DNA of 64,000 nt from Nymphaea colorata. Its lineage: Eukaryota. The notes beneath the pieces were generated by a model. The model ran no database searches. It worked only from the letters and a program-made list of their open reading frames with translations, and was not told the origin of the DNA. The first letter of the stretch is position 1. Every line of letters begins with the position of its first letter. Positions 28,003 to 41,900 of this stretch are shown here, in pieces. Where the stretch lies: contig NC_045138.2 of NCBI RefSeq assembly GCF_008831285.2, positions 33,666,001-33,730,000 of the forward strand, read 5' to 3'. The translations under genes and the position numbers were made by a program.

Positions 28003-29176
28003 ATGGCGGCCTCTGCCTCGAGAAACATGGTTGTCTTCTTCTTGGGTCTCTTCGTCCTGCTCCTCCCTCTTGTTTCCGGCGGCGCCATCCACGAGATCCT
28101 GCGCAGCAAGGGCCTGCCGGAGGGGCTTTTACCCAAGGCCGTAAAATCCTTCTCCCTCGATGAGAGCGGGCGCCTTGACGTCTATCTGGATCGCCCCTGC
28201 TACGCCAAGTTCGACAACAGGGTCTTGTTCGACAGCGTTGTGAGAGGTAACCTCAGCTACGGCGCCCTTACTGGCATGGCCGGCCTGTCCCAGGAAGAGC
28301 TTTTCCTGTGGCTCCCCGTCAAGGACATCAAGGTTGAGGATCCCGGCTCCGGTGTCATCCTCTTCGATATCGGCGTCGCTCACAAGCAGCTCTCGATCTC
28401 CCTCTTCGAATATCCGCCTGACTGCAGCCCGGAGGACGCGGATCGAATCGTAACGCCATCGTCAGGTTTGTGGTTTGTTGGACGCTCTAGGCGTTTCTTT
28501 GTGTCGAATTTGATTCGGGTGCCGCTCGTTTCGGTTATATCAGGATGTTTCTGACCTTTGTTTGAGTTCTTCTTTGTCACTTTTTGGGTTTTCACTGGGG
28601 TGCTTTGAAGGTATGCTCTGAAAATTTTGTTTCTAGGCGGCTTTCAAATCTTTTGATTTCTAAGAGTTTGATTGTCGTTGGCTGAATGTTTGCATGTTTT
28701 CTTTTAATTCTTATGGTCTGATGGGTTTTGCTTCTTTTTTTTTGTGTGTGTGTAAAACCATGTTTGTGATCCCGGATCCTGCAACCTATGGGTTTTGGGA
28801 TCCCTTGATGTCTGATGCCTACTGTCTGTTATGTTATCCTTGCAGTCTTTTTTGCCGGAAAATGTTAAGGCTATGATTTTCTTGAGGCTTCTAGTTCCCT
28901 CCTTCCCTTTTGTTTGGCTCTGATTTTTGAGGGTCGGTTCTGATTCTTCGGTTTCATGCATTATTTCCTTTGCGAAGGTGCTTGGTGCCTCTGATATCAT
29001 TCTTATCTAAGATGGGTAGAAATTTACGAAATTGCATGGACTCTTACTGCGGCATCGATTTTTCGTATTTGGCTTGCATATGTTTTATGTCGGTATAACT
29101 TTGTTTTATTGTATCTCCTGCTGCAGGTTTCCTTGGAAGGAAAGCTGGAAGGGAAGGGACGGCTGAACAAAGATGA
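28003..29176 (+). CDS. DUF538-family protein with N-terminal signal peptide; exons 28003-28465, 29127-29176 (170 aa)
   Basis: Hydrophobic leader, then IHEILRSKGLPEGLLPKAV and GLSQEELFLWLPV typical of DUF538. Phase-1 GT-AG intron; (CT)n lies just upstream of the ATG. Confidence 0.85.
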
Positions 29177-29181
29177 ACATC

Positions 29182-29220
<39 letters not shown>

Positions 29221-32200
29221 CTTGTTCTGATGGCCTTTTCAGATGATGATAGTTGTTAGCCTCTGCTAATTTAGGCTTGTAAATACATTGGCGTTGAAGG
29301 ACCGACTCTTGCCGATATGGAGAAGCCTTTGCGTTTTTCTGCTTCTTGGTGGTGGTTTTTTGTAGGATTTGGAAGATCTTTTTGTTAGATGAATCTCAAT
29401 TTTGATGCTGATTTCCCATGAGAGGATTGGAAGCACTTGCTGCTGATAAGTTTGCAGCAGCATCAGTTTAAATTTTAGGCTCAATTTTTTAGTCCTCCAC
29501 GGTCTCCAAGGAGACAGAGGTGCATTTGTTTGTTTTGTAGTTTAATGAAAAAAAAGAATCTGCTCCTCTTTGTAGGCTATTCTTTTCCTGTCACTGGTGA
29601 CTGGAGTGGAGGATAGACCTGCAGAAAGAGAGGGGGGAGAGGAATAAGGGCATAGGGATTCGTATTTTTTTAGTTTGTATTTTTTTTTTTGGTTTGTTCG
29701 TACTACAAGGTCAAAACTCGCGTTGCCAATGAAAGGTTCGAAAGAGAGAACTTGTGGTGCGTGTTGTTTTCTAGAAAATCCGAAAACTAAATTATACCTT
29801 CCTCTGAAACAATGGTGAATCTGCAGTGCAACTTGATCTGCTGCTAGTTCGCTAAAAATAAATTATGCCCCTTTTAAGGAAAGGAGTACTAAAACTAAGT
29901 ATCTCTCTTCTGTCTCTTTCTCACACAAATTAAAGTCTGGTTGATACAAGCCCCTGAAAATCTGCTGCTAGGGGCGCGCGAGAGATCTTTGACATGAAGG
30001 GCATATTTGCCTTACCCTGAGCGTAGACTCGTCTCACATGGGCCATTCACACAAACATCATATCAAATTTTATTGAGTTGCACATAAATCAAATCAAATC
30101 AAATCATGGGATTCCTTTTGCAGGGTGGGTATGTTATGTGGAAATTAAATAGATGCCCTTTCACATTTATTAACGTGAATTCTTTCTCATTTCTGGCCTT
30201 GAATATTTCGAACATGTGTGTGCATGTATATCTAAGCTTTGAGTCCGTCTATTTTTCTCTTAATCTGCATCTTTCTTTTCGAAATCTCAAACATTGTTAG
30301 CTGACATCGATGCTGTACAAAGCATTCGTTTAGTCGAGTGAGAAAGGTCTTGAGATTGTGCACTAAGGCATAGAGAATACCAATATGAAATGAGTTTGAG
30401 CACGCGTAGGACATCCATCACTGTCCCACGTGTATCCCCTTTTTTAGGAGTGTCTTCATTTCCAATTAGAGTCTCTTTGGCTGCCACAGTAAAGCTGGTA
30501 AAATGGGTTCTCATTTCCAACCTGCATAAGGGGATTCAGCTTTTTGTTATCATGATGGCACACTTTTCAATGTCAGAGAGAAAAACTTTGATGTGCTTGT
30601 TGAAGACAAATGAATAAAGCAATTGGGTGACACATGAACGCTATCCTGTTGACAATTAGCAATCTTCTTAAAGAACAGAGAGGCACTTAAAAGAGCAACA
30701 CAGCTATTATTCTATTGCAGTATGTTGGAGTTCTTGCCCGACCATTTGTTCTTTTGAAATTAGGCATATATCCTGGTTTCATTCGACAACCTGAAGCCAA
30801 AGAAGAAGGTACGGGTTCCCCCTGAAAACCCATCAAGGATAGGTCCATGTGTCCATGAGAAGTCAAGCCCAAACTGATTCCTCTCCGGTATTCTTGCATA
30901 AAACCATCTGCAATGCATGAAAAGTAAGTTCCGAACATGAATCCAAAGTAGAAAGCTATATTCTGAAGTTGGCAACTGAAATTTCTGTAAGAGATATTTA
31001 ACTAGGTGTTCTCTTCTCATATTGAGAAATTTGAATGTCTGCTTTTGTTAAGCGACAATGTCTCATGTTTGGGTTTGACATCTCTGTTGATACGCTGTTG
31101 ATACGGCTTTTCTGTTCTATTTCTCTTCCTCTTTCTTGAGGACTGGCGAACTACGATCAGGACGAGTTCCAGTTCAGTAAATGAGTGAACTAAAATCTTT
31201 CCATAGGTTTTCCATATGTTTCTACAGTCATAGTTTCACTATTCTTGTGGATGTAATCGATGTCTTTCTCCTGTAAGTGCAAAGACTGTTCAGCTCAACG
31301 ACACGTCAGGCCCGACACAAAGCTAAACCATGATAAAGTGCAGTCCCTGCGGCTGCCATAAATATTGGTTCACTCAATTCTTCATCTTTCTGTTTGGCGG
31401 AAACTGTTCACCGGCCTTCTGTCTCATCAGGTCTACAGTCTCATCACTGCTAACTTCTAAGCGTGTCAAGCGGTGGAGTGTGATCTTTAATCACATGAAT
31501 CTAAGAAACTTAGCCTATAGTTCTGGAGGAGGACTTTGACGTTGTGAAAGAAAGAGGACGATGATGACGACTCGGTGTTTCCTAACTAGATCTTGTCGTT
31601 CTTGTCGCTGCGAAGAATATTCCTTATTGTAGTTATCGGTGACTCATCTTTATGGAACATCATGATAGAAAGATATACTCTGAAAAATCCCCACAAACTT
31701 TGCTACAGAGAGAGACATTCCATTCCTGGTCCTTTGTCAGAACTGCAAAAGTGCACCAAAAAATGCAGAGAGCACCATGACTAGCAACAACTTGATGCGG
31801 TGAAGTTGCTCAGCCATGGGTCACTTAAGGCCCAGTCATGCTTTGAAAAGCACTCCAACCATGTGACTAAGACAACCTGTGAATGCGCACAGGTTTATTG
31901 CAACCAGCAAAGTAAGCCGGTTGAATTCGCTCAACTTTCAAAACCCACGTATCAGAATTCAAATCCAGAAGCATTCCCAGTTTAGCTGAAACTAGTGAAG
32001 GCATCTCGTCGCCGGCGAAGGTGGCTTGCTGTCTCGATTTAAAAAGAAACCCTCACGTATTTTGCCGACCAAAAGGGCCAAAGGTGTCCCAATGTAGGGC
32101 CATTGACAAGGAATAAACAACAAGATATGTAGGTGTCTATGGTAAAAATCTCACAAACTTTACAGGTGAAGAGATTGTAAAAGAAATAAATAGAATGATA

Positions 32201-33786
32201 GAATCAAGAAAGGCCAAGGTCCCGAAACAAATCAAGCATCCTGAAAAATCATAAACTTTATAAATGAAAAGTAAAATTGTGCAAGAAGGAAAGTTACATA
32301 GAAATACAGATACCCTTTAAAACACACCAAGAAAAAAAAAAGAGGCCATGAGAAACTCATCTACAGATCGCACGTGATTGGAACAAGATTTTTTACCGGG
32401 AAAGCCTTAATCAAGAAACGTAAAGATCCCGAAAACTACAAAGATATGAAAACAGGGCTTAGTGAAGGGGCGGTTCGGAGGTTCGGGCGCCGTGGATTTC
32501 GAGGCGTCGATGGTTGGGTTCAGACTGCTGGTGGAAGGTGAATAGGAGTCTAAGCTTCGGGTGGCGGCGGGCAGGGTGGTCACTTCTGCAGGAGATGCCG
32601 CCGATTGCCCTCGCGGCGACATGGCGTTGGTGACTGAAGCCGCTTGAACATGATGGAGCAAAGATCCAAGCGTTGTGCAGAGAGAGAGAGATTTGTTCTT
32701 CCAAAACGGTCACGCCGTTCTTGTTACGGTAAAGTCCTAATTAAGAATGAACCACTCGATTTAAAAGGTCGTTATCGATTTCTTTTTTATCATTTGCAGT
32801 TGAAGAGGAGGTAGGGAGCGAAGTTGTTTGGACTTTGGATTGGACAATGAGGAACAGAATGAGGAACTTGACCGAATGGGCCTCCTTACATGAACTGGTT
32901 GGATGTGGAGTCATTGACGAATTCTGGATGTGATAACGTATAGACAATTGTAGATATCAATTTGATCAAAGCAGAAGGTAGATACGGAAGTAAATTTTAC
33001 CAACTAATATTTCATGAATCTGCATAAAATCGTCTACTTGTAAGGACCAAGAGTAATGGGTAACTTACAAAGGCACACTCCTAGTCCTAGATTCATATTT
33101 GAAATATTTGCAACTGAAATTTATGTTCAAAGACTTCCCCACTATCTTTTCGATCTAAGCCAAAAAAATGTTAAACAGGTTTTCTTGCTTCTACGTCCTC
33201 CATTGCAGCAGCAAAAGCCAAAGATAGATTAGCAACTACTGACCGCTGGCAGCCAGAAAACCTTCACTTACGAGCATTCCTTCTTATCAACCACGCAAAT
33301 GACAGGGGGGCGACCGCAACAAGCAAGCAGAAGAATGCAAGTCCTGTAGCTCTTTGAAGAAGTCCAATGTGGTTAAGTGAAAAATCAGCATACGATAGAT
33401 CCTAAGTCAATCCTTTCTTTCCCAACTTACCATGTACCTTAAGCCCTTGAATCCATCCATCCATAGGACAATACTGTGCCTCAACTTTAACCTCCTTCAA
33501 ACGTGAACCTATCTCACAGGTGTATGAAGCTGCATGTTCGATTTATGCTTGCGCTGTTCCTTTCTGAAAATAGTTGCTGCTTTAGATTAATCGTTGCTGC
33601 TACCAGCTTTAACATTAAGCAAGTTAAGATTGCAGTCAGTTAAACTAACTTCATGATATCATCTAAGCCAGCATGTCCATTTGTTGTTGGCAGCCAGGAA
33701 AAAACTCATGACGGTGTCATCTACAAAAATCGTGAAAGATTCCATTCAGCACAATAGATTCAGCCTGATTCTCTCCGTGCGCAAAA

Positions 33787-34182
33787 TGTTAATTATCATG
33801 GAAGTAAAGGCATGAAGAAGGAACAACTCAATATTTAAGTGGTTCGGCATTAAGAGCCTACATCCACGAAACAGGAAGCTCTGTTTTTCTCTCTTATTTG
33901 CTGCTTATGTTCAAGTAGGAACGAACTCTATTTAAAGAGTTACAAGATACAGCCCATTCTTCCCTTACATATCACGATGGATTATGATCCCTGGAAATTA
34001 GGGAATTACAGAAAAAATGGTTAACAGAACAAAATGGTAAGACAAGATTTTTGCCCTGCTGCTCCTCTATCCAAAGATACGATAACGAGAGTTTGCTGCT
34101 GGAGATATCTTTCCAAAGATATAGGAAGGAGATGAACGAGAGATTTGAATTATGAAAGAGCTTCCTTTCATATGCACTAACA
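33787..34182. mobile_element. Solo LTR, 396 bp
   Basis: TGTTA...TAACA termini and 5-bp TSD CAAAA (33782-33786, 34183-34187). Absent from the paralogous site near 62240, which reads as the exact empty allele. Confidence 0.88.
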
Positions 34183-35169
34183 CAAAAAACCTGATGTTTC
34201 CATCCCCAAAGACCACTACTTTCCTCGAGTTCCTGCTGCTGGTAAAGAGCTGAATGCTGAGATCTTTTGTCTGGCACCGATGGCACTTATCCACAACGAG
34301 CCCTGAATTGAGCCACATTTCAAGCTCCTGACGCTTTCTTGTGTCTTTGCTGAATTCTAAGATGGAAGTACATACAGACATGCACACGTACTGATGGTAA
34401 TGGTACCCAGCCAAAAAATACATCTTTTTTCATTTATTCCTTAAGAGTGTATCCATGCCTATGGCATTGTAGGACCCTCTAATCCATGAATTAGGTTCTT
34501 AGAATTAAATTCTCAGGGTGACTTCTGTCACAAGAACTAATTTGTGGACATGGAAACAAATCCCACTACTGTGTTCAACTTATGAAAGTGGGATTAATTC
34601 CAGATTCAACTTGTCGACAATCGCAAAGCTCTCTCTCTCTCTCTCGCTGGATGGAGATCATTCACTACGGCACTGAATTTCCATTTCTTGCTAAAACCAA
34701 AAACTTTATCGTGTTGCTGACGGTTTCCAATAAAAGTGAATCGTAAAAGGTTCATTATTGACTCATGCTTTGTTCATTTTGAGGAACCACACCAAGTGAG
34801 CAACTTCAGTTTGAACAAACTCGTTAATCATCTTCTAACTCACATTCGGGATGAACTGTCATGCCTCTGGCAAATACTGCCTTTCCCTGACTGCAATAGT
34901 AAAATCAGCATCTTCTGCCACACCAGATATGCTCCCTTGAATGCAATGTCTCCAGATTCATAGAAACTGGCAACAGGTTGCAGTAAGGCCAAATCTCTAA
35001 CTATGGTCTAGTTAAGCAAATCACCAAATATGTAAGGGAGTGCCAATGATGACAACTAAGTGGTAAAACAGTTTACAAAACGTGAGTCAGAATGACAACT
35101 AATGATGCACACCGAACATGGACTATGAATATCACTCGAACAGGATACAGAAATGCCAAAATAAATTGA

Positions 35170-35372
35170 AGGGGCGGAGCCAGAATTTTTTTTTTTTTTT
35201 TTTTCCATGGGGCACTAAGCATATAATTAACAAATTTATGGGACAGTGACCTGGGTCCTGTGGGGCTGTCCTAGATAACTAGACCGAAATCCACCAAAGT
35301 TTAACCACTAATTTAAACTTTCATACAATGAGCTCCGAAGGGCATACGCCTCACGGAGCCCCCACTTAGTAT
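35170..35372. mobile_element. MITE-like element (AGGGGCGGAGCC end), also present at ~63240-63432
   Basis: GC-rich end motif and poly-T typical of plant MITEs; right end degenerate; shared by both duplicate copies. Confidence 0.5.
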
Positions 35373-35792
35373 ACTGGTAATTAAACCAAGCTGCAGAAAA
35401 CCAAATTTAATTATGAAAATTTAGCTTCATTAACCACCTATATGTAGAAGTAAAGGTAAACCAGAAGAAATATTCACCAGAACCAATTCTTAAAGGTAAA
35501 CCAGTAAGGAAATTAGAAGAAACAAAAAACTGCAGTCATCATTGCTGTCACCTCAAAGAAGCGATGGTAACCACAACTGATGGGGTGGTTCCATCCTTTC
35601 CGATGGTGACAAAAAAAAAAAAAGAGAAGGCACAGACTGATCTTTCTAAGATGTTGCTAAGGCGAAGTATCAATGACAAAGTTGTTGAGGGAAGGCCACT
35701 TGATCAAAGTGATGTCAATGTGGCTGAAAATTCATCAGTCCCCAATAATGCAGCTCTACAAGGAGAAAGCACCCCTAGGTCGTGCAAATATG

Positions 35793-36441
35793 TTGTGAAA
35801 GAAATACTTCAAAACTGTGCAACTTAGGAAAAGGGATCTTTAAGCTCACCGAGATCACCAAACCGTAGATTCCATATGCTTGACAACCTGCCACTTCTAA
35901 AGGATAGAGAGCTTGAAGAAGATGGCTATAATAGATCAAGGAAATGTGATTTAAACGAAGAAAAACTACAAATTGGCACATTTGATAGTCACCAAGTGAC
36001 ATTTTTGAAGCAAAACGGCTATTTTAGAGTGTCACCCATACACGCCACGTGAACAAGTATTATGTACAAGCTACAATCAGAAAAACCAAAATATGCTAAA
36101 AAGTTCACGATACAATTTGTGAAAGAAAAACTTCAAAACTGTGCAGCTAAGGAGATGGGATTCTTAAGCTCACAGAGATCACCAAACCATAGATTTGATA
36201 GGTTTGGCAAACCTATCACTTCTAAAGGCTAGAGGCGTTGAAGAAGGCAAATGCAATATATCATGGACATGTGATTTAAACAAAGAAAAACTGCAATTTG
36301 GCACATTTAACAGTCACCAAGTGACAGTTTGGAAGGAAAACGACTATTTTAGAATGACATCCATGCACGTCATGTGAACAAATATGAAACACATGCTACA
36401 ATTAGAAAAACCAAAGTATACTAAAAAATTAATGATACAAT
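35793..36441 (+). repeat. Two-copy tandem repeat, period ~324 bp
   Basis: ttgtgaaagaaa(t/a)acttcaaaactgtgca...gatacaat starting at 35793 and 36117; the copies are diverged. Confidence 0.85.
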
Positions 36442-38964
36442 CTGCAACATTTTAAAATAAAAATTCTCGCCAATATATCAACGAAAGTGGCATCAGCTCC
36501 TCCGATTAGTTCCTAGACACTTGCTATATTCATATATAGTTGGAATGTTCAAAGCTGGTGGACGCAACAGATCATTTTACTCAACTTAAGAAGACATTAA
36601 AGCCGCTGCCTCCCGCAATTTAATTCATGATCATAATTTGCTAGATTTTGCACCGCTAACAACCTTGCCGATCTCATCACCTTCACTAGTTTAGTGAGGA
36701 AAGAACTTCTGCCAACCTGTTAATTAGTTGAAAGGTGGATTTCTCCGAAACAAGAGATCAAAGTGCTCCTTTTTTTCCCATGAAGTCGGCGGCGTTACAC
36801 CATTGGGATACTTCGAATAAACAAAGCACTCACAAAGCGAAGCTTCAGGGAAAAGCGAAGCTCTGGTAACCCTATGTCCGAACAAGAAATGTTCGACTTA
36901 GTCCTATAAGAGTATGAAACCGCTCTTTCTTGGACGTCATCATTCAAAAGGAATGAAAAGGAACCTCCATGCGAGGATTGTGAGGAATAGCAATAAAAGA
37001 ACAATTTGGTTTGGTTCATTCTTGGACTGCCCTGCTCCCGAATAGAGAGACTTGACCCTCGGAGCGAGTTTCCCTTGCCTACTCACGGCAACCTGGTTAT
37101 CTTATCAGAGTCTTTCTTTTTCTTTCCTGAAATCCATCAAACCCTGAAAGTCAAAGTTGTTCCTGAAGCGTACAAAGCACTTGCGAATTTGAACTTCAGA
37201 TGTGGCAATAGGCTGGGGAAGGTCCAGCCCATTCCGAAGTCTTCGATTGATCTGATCGTCGCTCGGACATCCCTGCAGCAATCTTCCAACAGTGGCCCGC
37301 TCAAAGATTTGAAGCAGCGGCTGACAACAAAGATAGTACTCACTCGTTCGTAGACTTGGAATACTTGGGGCGAGGTAACGAGAGAGCACAAGCCATCGAG
37401 CGTGTCGAGTCTAAGGAGATTCATATTCCCCTGTTCCCTAGGGGTACTTCTAGGGAGCGATCCACGGAGCTCCTCTTCTCTGGAACGAGGAGGAGGATCA
37501 GGGCAGCACCGCCCAGTTGTCAGGTCTCTTTCACGACTGGAAAAAAAACGGCTTCTCTTTGGTGAATAAGCACACTCGCTTATGTCACCTTTTTCTCATC
37601 TTAGTAGCCTTTGGTTCATGGCTCCCTACAAAACCCTGCATATTTTTTACCATCTTTACACTTCCTTCTTTTCATTTTCAAAGCATCGCTTCTCTGTTTC
37701 TCCTTGTAGAGATTCCTCTGCGCCCACGATATATATATATATATATATATATCCAATTTTCATGCAAAATATTGTTCTCCAGTCAAAGTTTGCAAGTTTA
37801 AGAGGTAAGATACTATTCTCTAGTCAAGCGTTAAGCAGCGGATGCTTTAACTCCCTAAAACCGAAAAGCCGTAAGAGTAACAAGTGAACAATCAAATACC
37901 ATAACAAGAAAAGGAACAACATTACGGGCTTACGACGATACTGAAAAATTGAAACATTGAATAACAGCAAGTCCCGCGAATCATCAAACGTTTATCTTAT
38001 CAATTATTATCACTATTGAGGGCTAATACTGCAGTACAATGAGTAATCCAATAATTGTAAAAAAGGATTGAATGACGAAAGGTGATCTGTATCTACATAT
38101 GCACCTTGAGCAGGGCCATTCAGTAAAGTCTGCTAAACATAGGAAAGGAGTTGTAGGAGAGAAAGATACATGGCATTTGCAATATGCTGTGGCAACTAAA
38201 ATTAGTTTAAAGCTCAACGCCTGGAAATTATTGTACTTAGTTTACGAAAAGCGATCCGGATTTAAGAAACTTACAAGAATTAGAATTCAGGTAACTGGCC
38301 GAAAGTGAATCCACAAACAATGAATAGAGAACCGTGGGAAATGGGAATTCAAACTTTTTCGTTTTCGTGACTCCATAAACAAACATAAGGAAAACTTTTT
38401 GCTGAAAAAGATTAATAAGAATTTGTTTTTCATGCTCAACGCGGATAAGTAAATGACAGTACTTTACAGTTTACAAAGATAAAACTTAAAACAATTTTTC
38501 AGCCACGCCTCTAAGGCGCGCGTCCGGGGACATTCTTCACCTGCAATCATACGCATCCAAACATTGTTTTTTGGACCTCCAAGTCTTGGATGCTGCCAAG
38601 GACAGACAGCTTATCCACGCTTTCCAGATGTGTTTCGAACCACAGGCCAGGCCAGTAGAAACATGGGGACTCTGTTCAAAGTTCAAACCAAATTTCAACA
38701 GGAATCCAACGGCTGATAGCGAAACAATGGATTCCTTAAGCTCTCTTACCTTCTTCTGAGATCCCGGCAGAATATCGGGCCCCTTCTGCGGTGGTCTACT
38801 TATCCACACCCAAAACCACCAAACGCCGCCTTTTTTTTCCGGTGGGTGGCTTCTTGAGTTCTTTGACCTTCGAAAGCCTGACCCCAAAATATCACCAACT
38901 ACTCTTCTGCCTATTTATAACCGAGAGGCTCAGCCCCCCAACTACAACTAGGCAGCTGAGAAAG

Positions 38965-41900
38965 ATGGAGATTGAAGGGAAGAGTGCTGACGCGGAAGTC
39001 GCTGCAAAATATTTTTCAGAAGATGGCGAGGAGTGTAAAAGAACTGGTACTTCCTTTTTTTTTTTATTTCTGTTCTGCTTGACATGTTCGATGTCTCCCA
39101 TTGGTGCGCTGATGCTGAAATACGATTAGGCAATCCGCAATGTGGAATCATGGAATGCATTTACTCTATTTGTGGTCAAAATCGTTTCCTCTTGGCTCTT
39201 AGTAACGAAATGGACCCATTTCCAATCTCTGTAAATGCTGCAGCATCTATTGTATAATTTGTGTAGATACGACTATGTGGGGTTTCTGTGCAACTCGAAT
39301 TCCCCTTCTTTCCCTTCACTTTAGCTTAACATCACTCACCACTCTCTGCACCCCTTTTTTCTTCTGCAATTGGCAGCAGGGGCTTGGCAGACATTGAAGG
39401 CACATACTTTTTAACTTGAATGCCTTGTGTCCGATCCGCTAAGCTAGTTAAGTGAGCTACTCTTCATCCACGCCGCTGTCATAGCTCTTCATTAACTTGC
39501 CTGACTGATTAATTTTCAATGGGTTGGGTTTTAGTACCGTTTAAGCTCTCACTGACCGTGGCGATCTGTCTTACCAGGGACTTTGTGGACATGCATCGCT
39601 CACATAGTCACTGCGGTGATCGGCGCTGGGGTGCTGTCACTGCCATGGAGCGTAGCCCAGCTTGGTTGGATCGGAGGCCCTTTAGTCATGGTGATCTTCG
39701 CGTTCATCACGTATATATCTGTTCATCTGCTTTCAGATTGTTACAGATCTCCCGACTCTGTCACTGGCAAAAGAAACCGAACCTACATGGACGCCGTGCG
39801 CGTAAACTTAGGTAAATTTGCTCATTTCTCTCTTGATTCAAGTTCATGTGAATTTAGATCATCCATTCCATCGTTCCTTACACTGACTATCATATGTATG
39901 AGAAAAAGATAAATTACATTGAAATATCCGGCAAAATGTGAGTGCTACCGACATTTAAAACGGAGAATGTCAGTGAAAAAGAAAACATAGGAAAATTTTG
40001 TGACGAGAAGGAAAGTTTGCCATTAAGCAAGTGTCATGATAATGATAGTGATGACTGATGATGACAATGTTGTGGCTGTGGAATAGTAAATCATCATAGT
40101 TTTGAGTCATTATCAGAGCACATTATAAATATTTATTAATGTTTTTCTGAAGTTGCTGTTCCCGTGTGTAGATCCAAAGATATACCAATATGCGCACGTC
40201 CTAATGGTTCATCGAGTTCTCAGTACTTAATTAGATGAACGGAACACCAATCTAGGTCAAGCACACATGTCATGCGCGCTTGAACTTAATATAATGTATA
40301 CGAATCGGTACTACGTGCCGGGCCGGGCCGGTCTGCCATTATTTTATCTTTGACAATATAAAAGCAAAAATGAGCTGTTTCTGATACATGCCAATTGCCA
40401 AGCCTACATGACCATGGTCTAATATGAAAAGAAACGCAAAGTAATATGAGCTTGCAGCCGTTGATCATGCGGGTCTTCATCTCCTCTCCTGTCAACTCCT
40501 GGCCACCTTTTCAGAAAGCCAGAGGAGTTGGCATGGCAGCTTAACCCTGTGGTTTTCGTCCGTTTCAGAAACAATGGGCCTGGTGATCATCTGCTATCCG
40601 CTTTCTGACCTGTTGGACTCTTTGTCAATCCTTTGAACGGGTGTTGATTGTCAACCACGAGCCCCACCCGTCTACTTAAAAATATTCGTCTTATTGTTAA
40701 AACGTCGGCGATGTTATATATATATATATATATATATATAACAAGATGGGCAGTGGGACATGAGTCGGTAAGTTGTTCGAATCGTTGCAGATTGAGGCGC
40801 TGCTGAGTTTGGAGTCCTTAGGGGTGTTATGTTTTCAAAGTGAAATAAGCACGTTTCCTCATTTTCTTTTCTTATTGTGTTAATTTTCAGGGAAGAACCA
40901 GATATGGGCATGTGGGCTACTGCAATATCTATATATGTATGGGATTGCTGTAGCCTACGTCCTTACTTCTGCAGTGAGCATGAGGTCTACATAAACTCTC
41001 TCTTTTCTTTATTTGTTTCTCATGCTTATGTGGTTCTGAATTCAACACAACGTGGCTGATGCAGGGCTATACGGAAATCAAATTGTTATCACTCGAATGG
41101 GCACAATGCTGATTGCCAGTTTGGGAACACTTTCTACATGATCTTGTTTGGGGTGATTCAGATATTATGCTCCCTCATCCCAGATTTTAACAACATGAGT
41201 TGGCTTTCTGCTGTCGCTGCAATCATGTCTGGCTTCTATTCTACAATAGGATTAGGCCTTGGAATTGCTAGAGTAGTGGGTGGGTTTCAAGTTTATCGGG
41301 TGCATGTGCATGTGCATGTGTGAGTGTGGGTGTGTGCACGAGTTGCATGAGTATAGACACATGTATGCTTTTCTTTGCCCAAGTCGGGCAATGCACAGCC
41401 TTAGTCTTTCCTTCTGCTGAAAATTCAAAAATGATGTGTTTCAGATAATAAAAGAATTTATGGGAATATTAGAGGAGTGCAAACGGCTACCACAGCGCAG
41501 AAAGTGTGGAGGGTCTCTCAAGCAATTGGTGACATAGCTTTCTCTTTCCCTTACTCTTTCATCCTCCTAGAGATTCAGGTGAGGACCCGAACTTGTGCTT
41601 CAAGTCAATTGATCAAGAACTTTTATTTCATCGTCACTAGAAGTCCAGATACACATGCATATTGACTTGTTGTAAACCAACTGATTGTAGGATACCCTGA
41701 GGTCCAAGCCTCCGGAGAACTTAATAGTGAAGAGAGCATCGGTTGTCTCCATTTCCATAACAGCATTGTTCTATCTTTCTTGTGGCTGCTTCGGTTATGC
41801 AGCTTTTGGGGACGACGCACCTGGAAACATTCTCACTGGATTTGGATTCTATGAGCCGTATTGGCTCGTTGACTTTGGAAATGCCTGCATCGTGTTGCAT

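Larger units (their letters stand above)
32901..35960 (+). repeat. Local segmental duplication, copy A (paralogous to 50377-50785 plus 61687-64000)
   Basis: Collinear similarity from ggatgtggagtcattgacgaattctgg (32901 / 50377) to ttaaacgaag (35960 / 64000), with scattered substitutions and indels. Confidence 0.93.

Noticed and set aside
34067..34423. 118-aa minus-strand ORF partly shared with 62217-62477
   Set aside because: It runs into the solo LTR and its frame is not conserved between the duplicates.
37330..37480. Peptide HSFVDLEYLGRGNERAQAIERVESKEIHIPLFPRG faintly resembling a TIR-domain segment; 36.7-37.6 kb also looks like organellar-insert sequence
   Set aside because: No flanking TIR motifs (DVFLSF, WCL.EL) and no recognisable organellar gene; needs BLAST.
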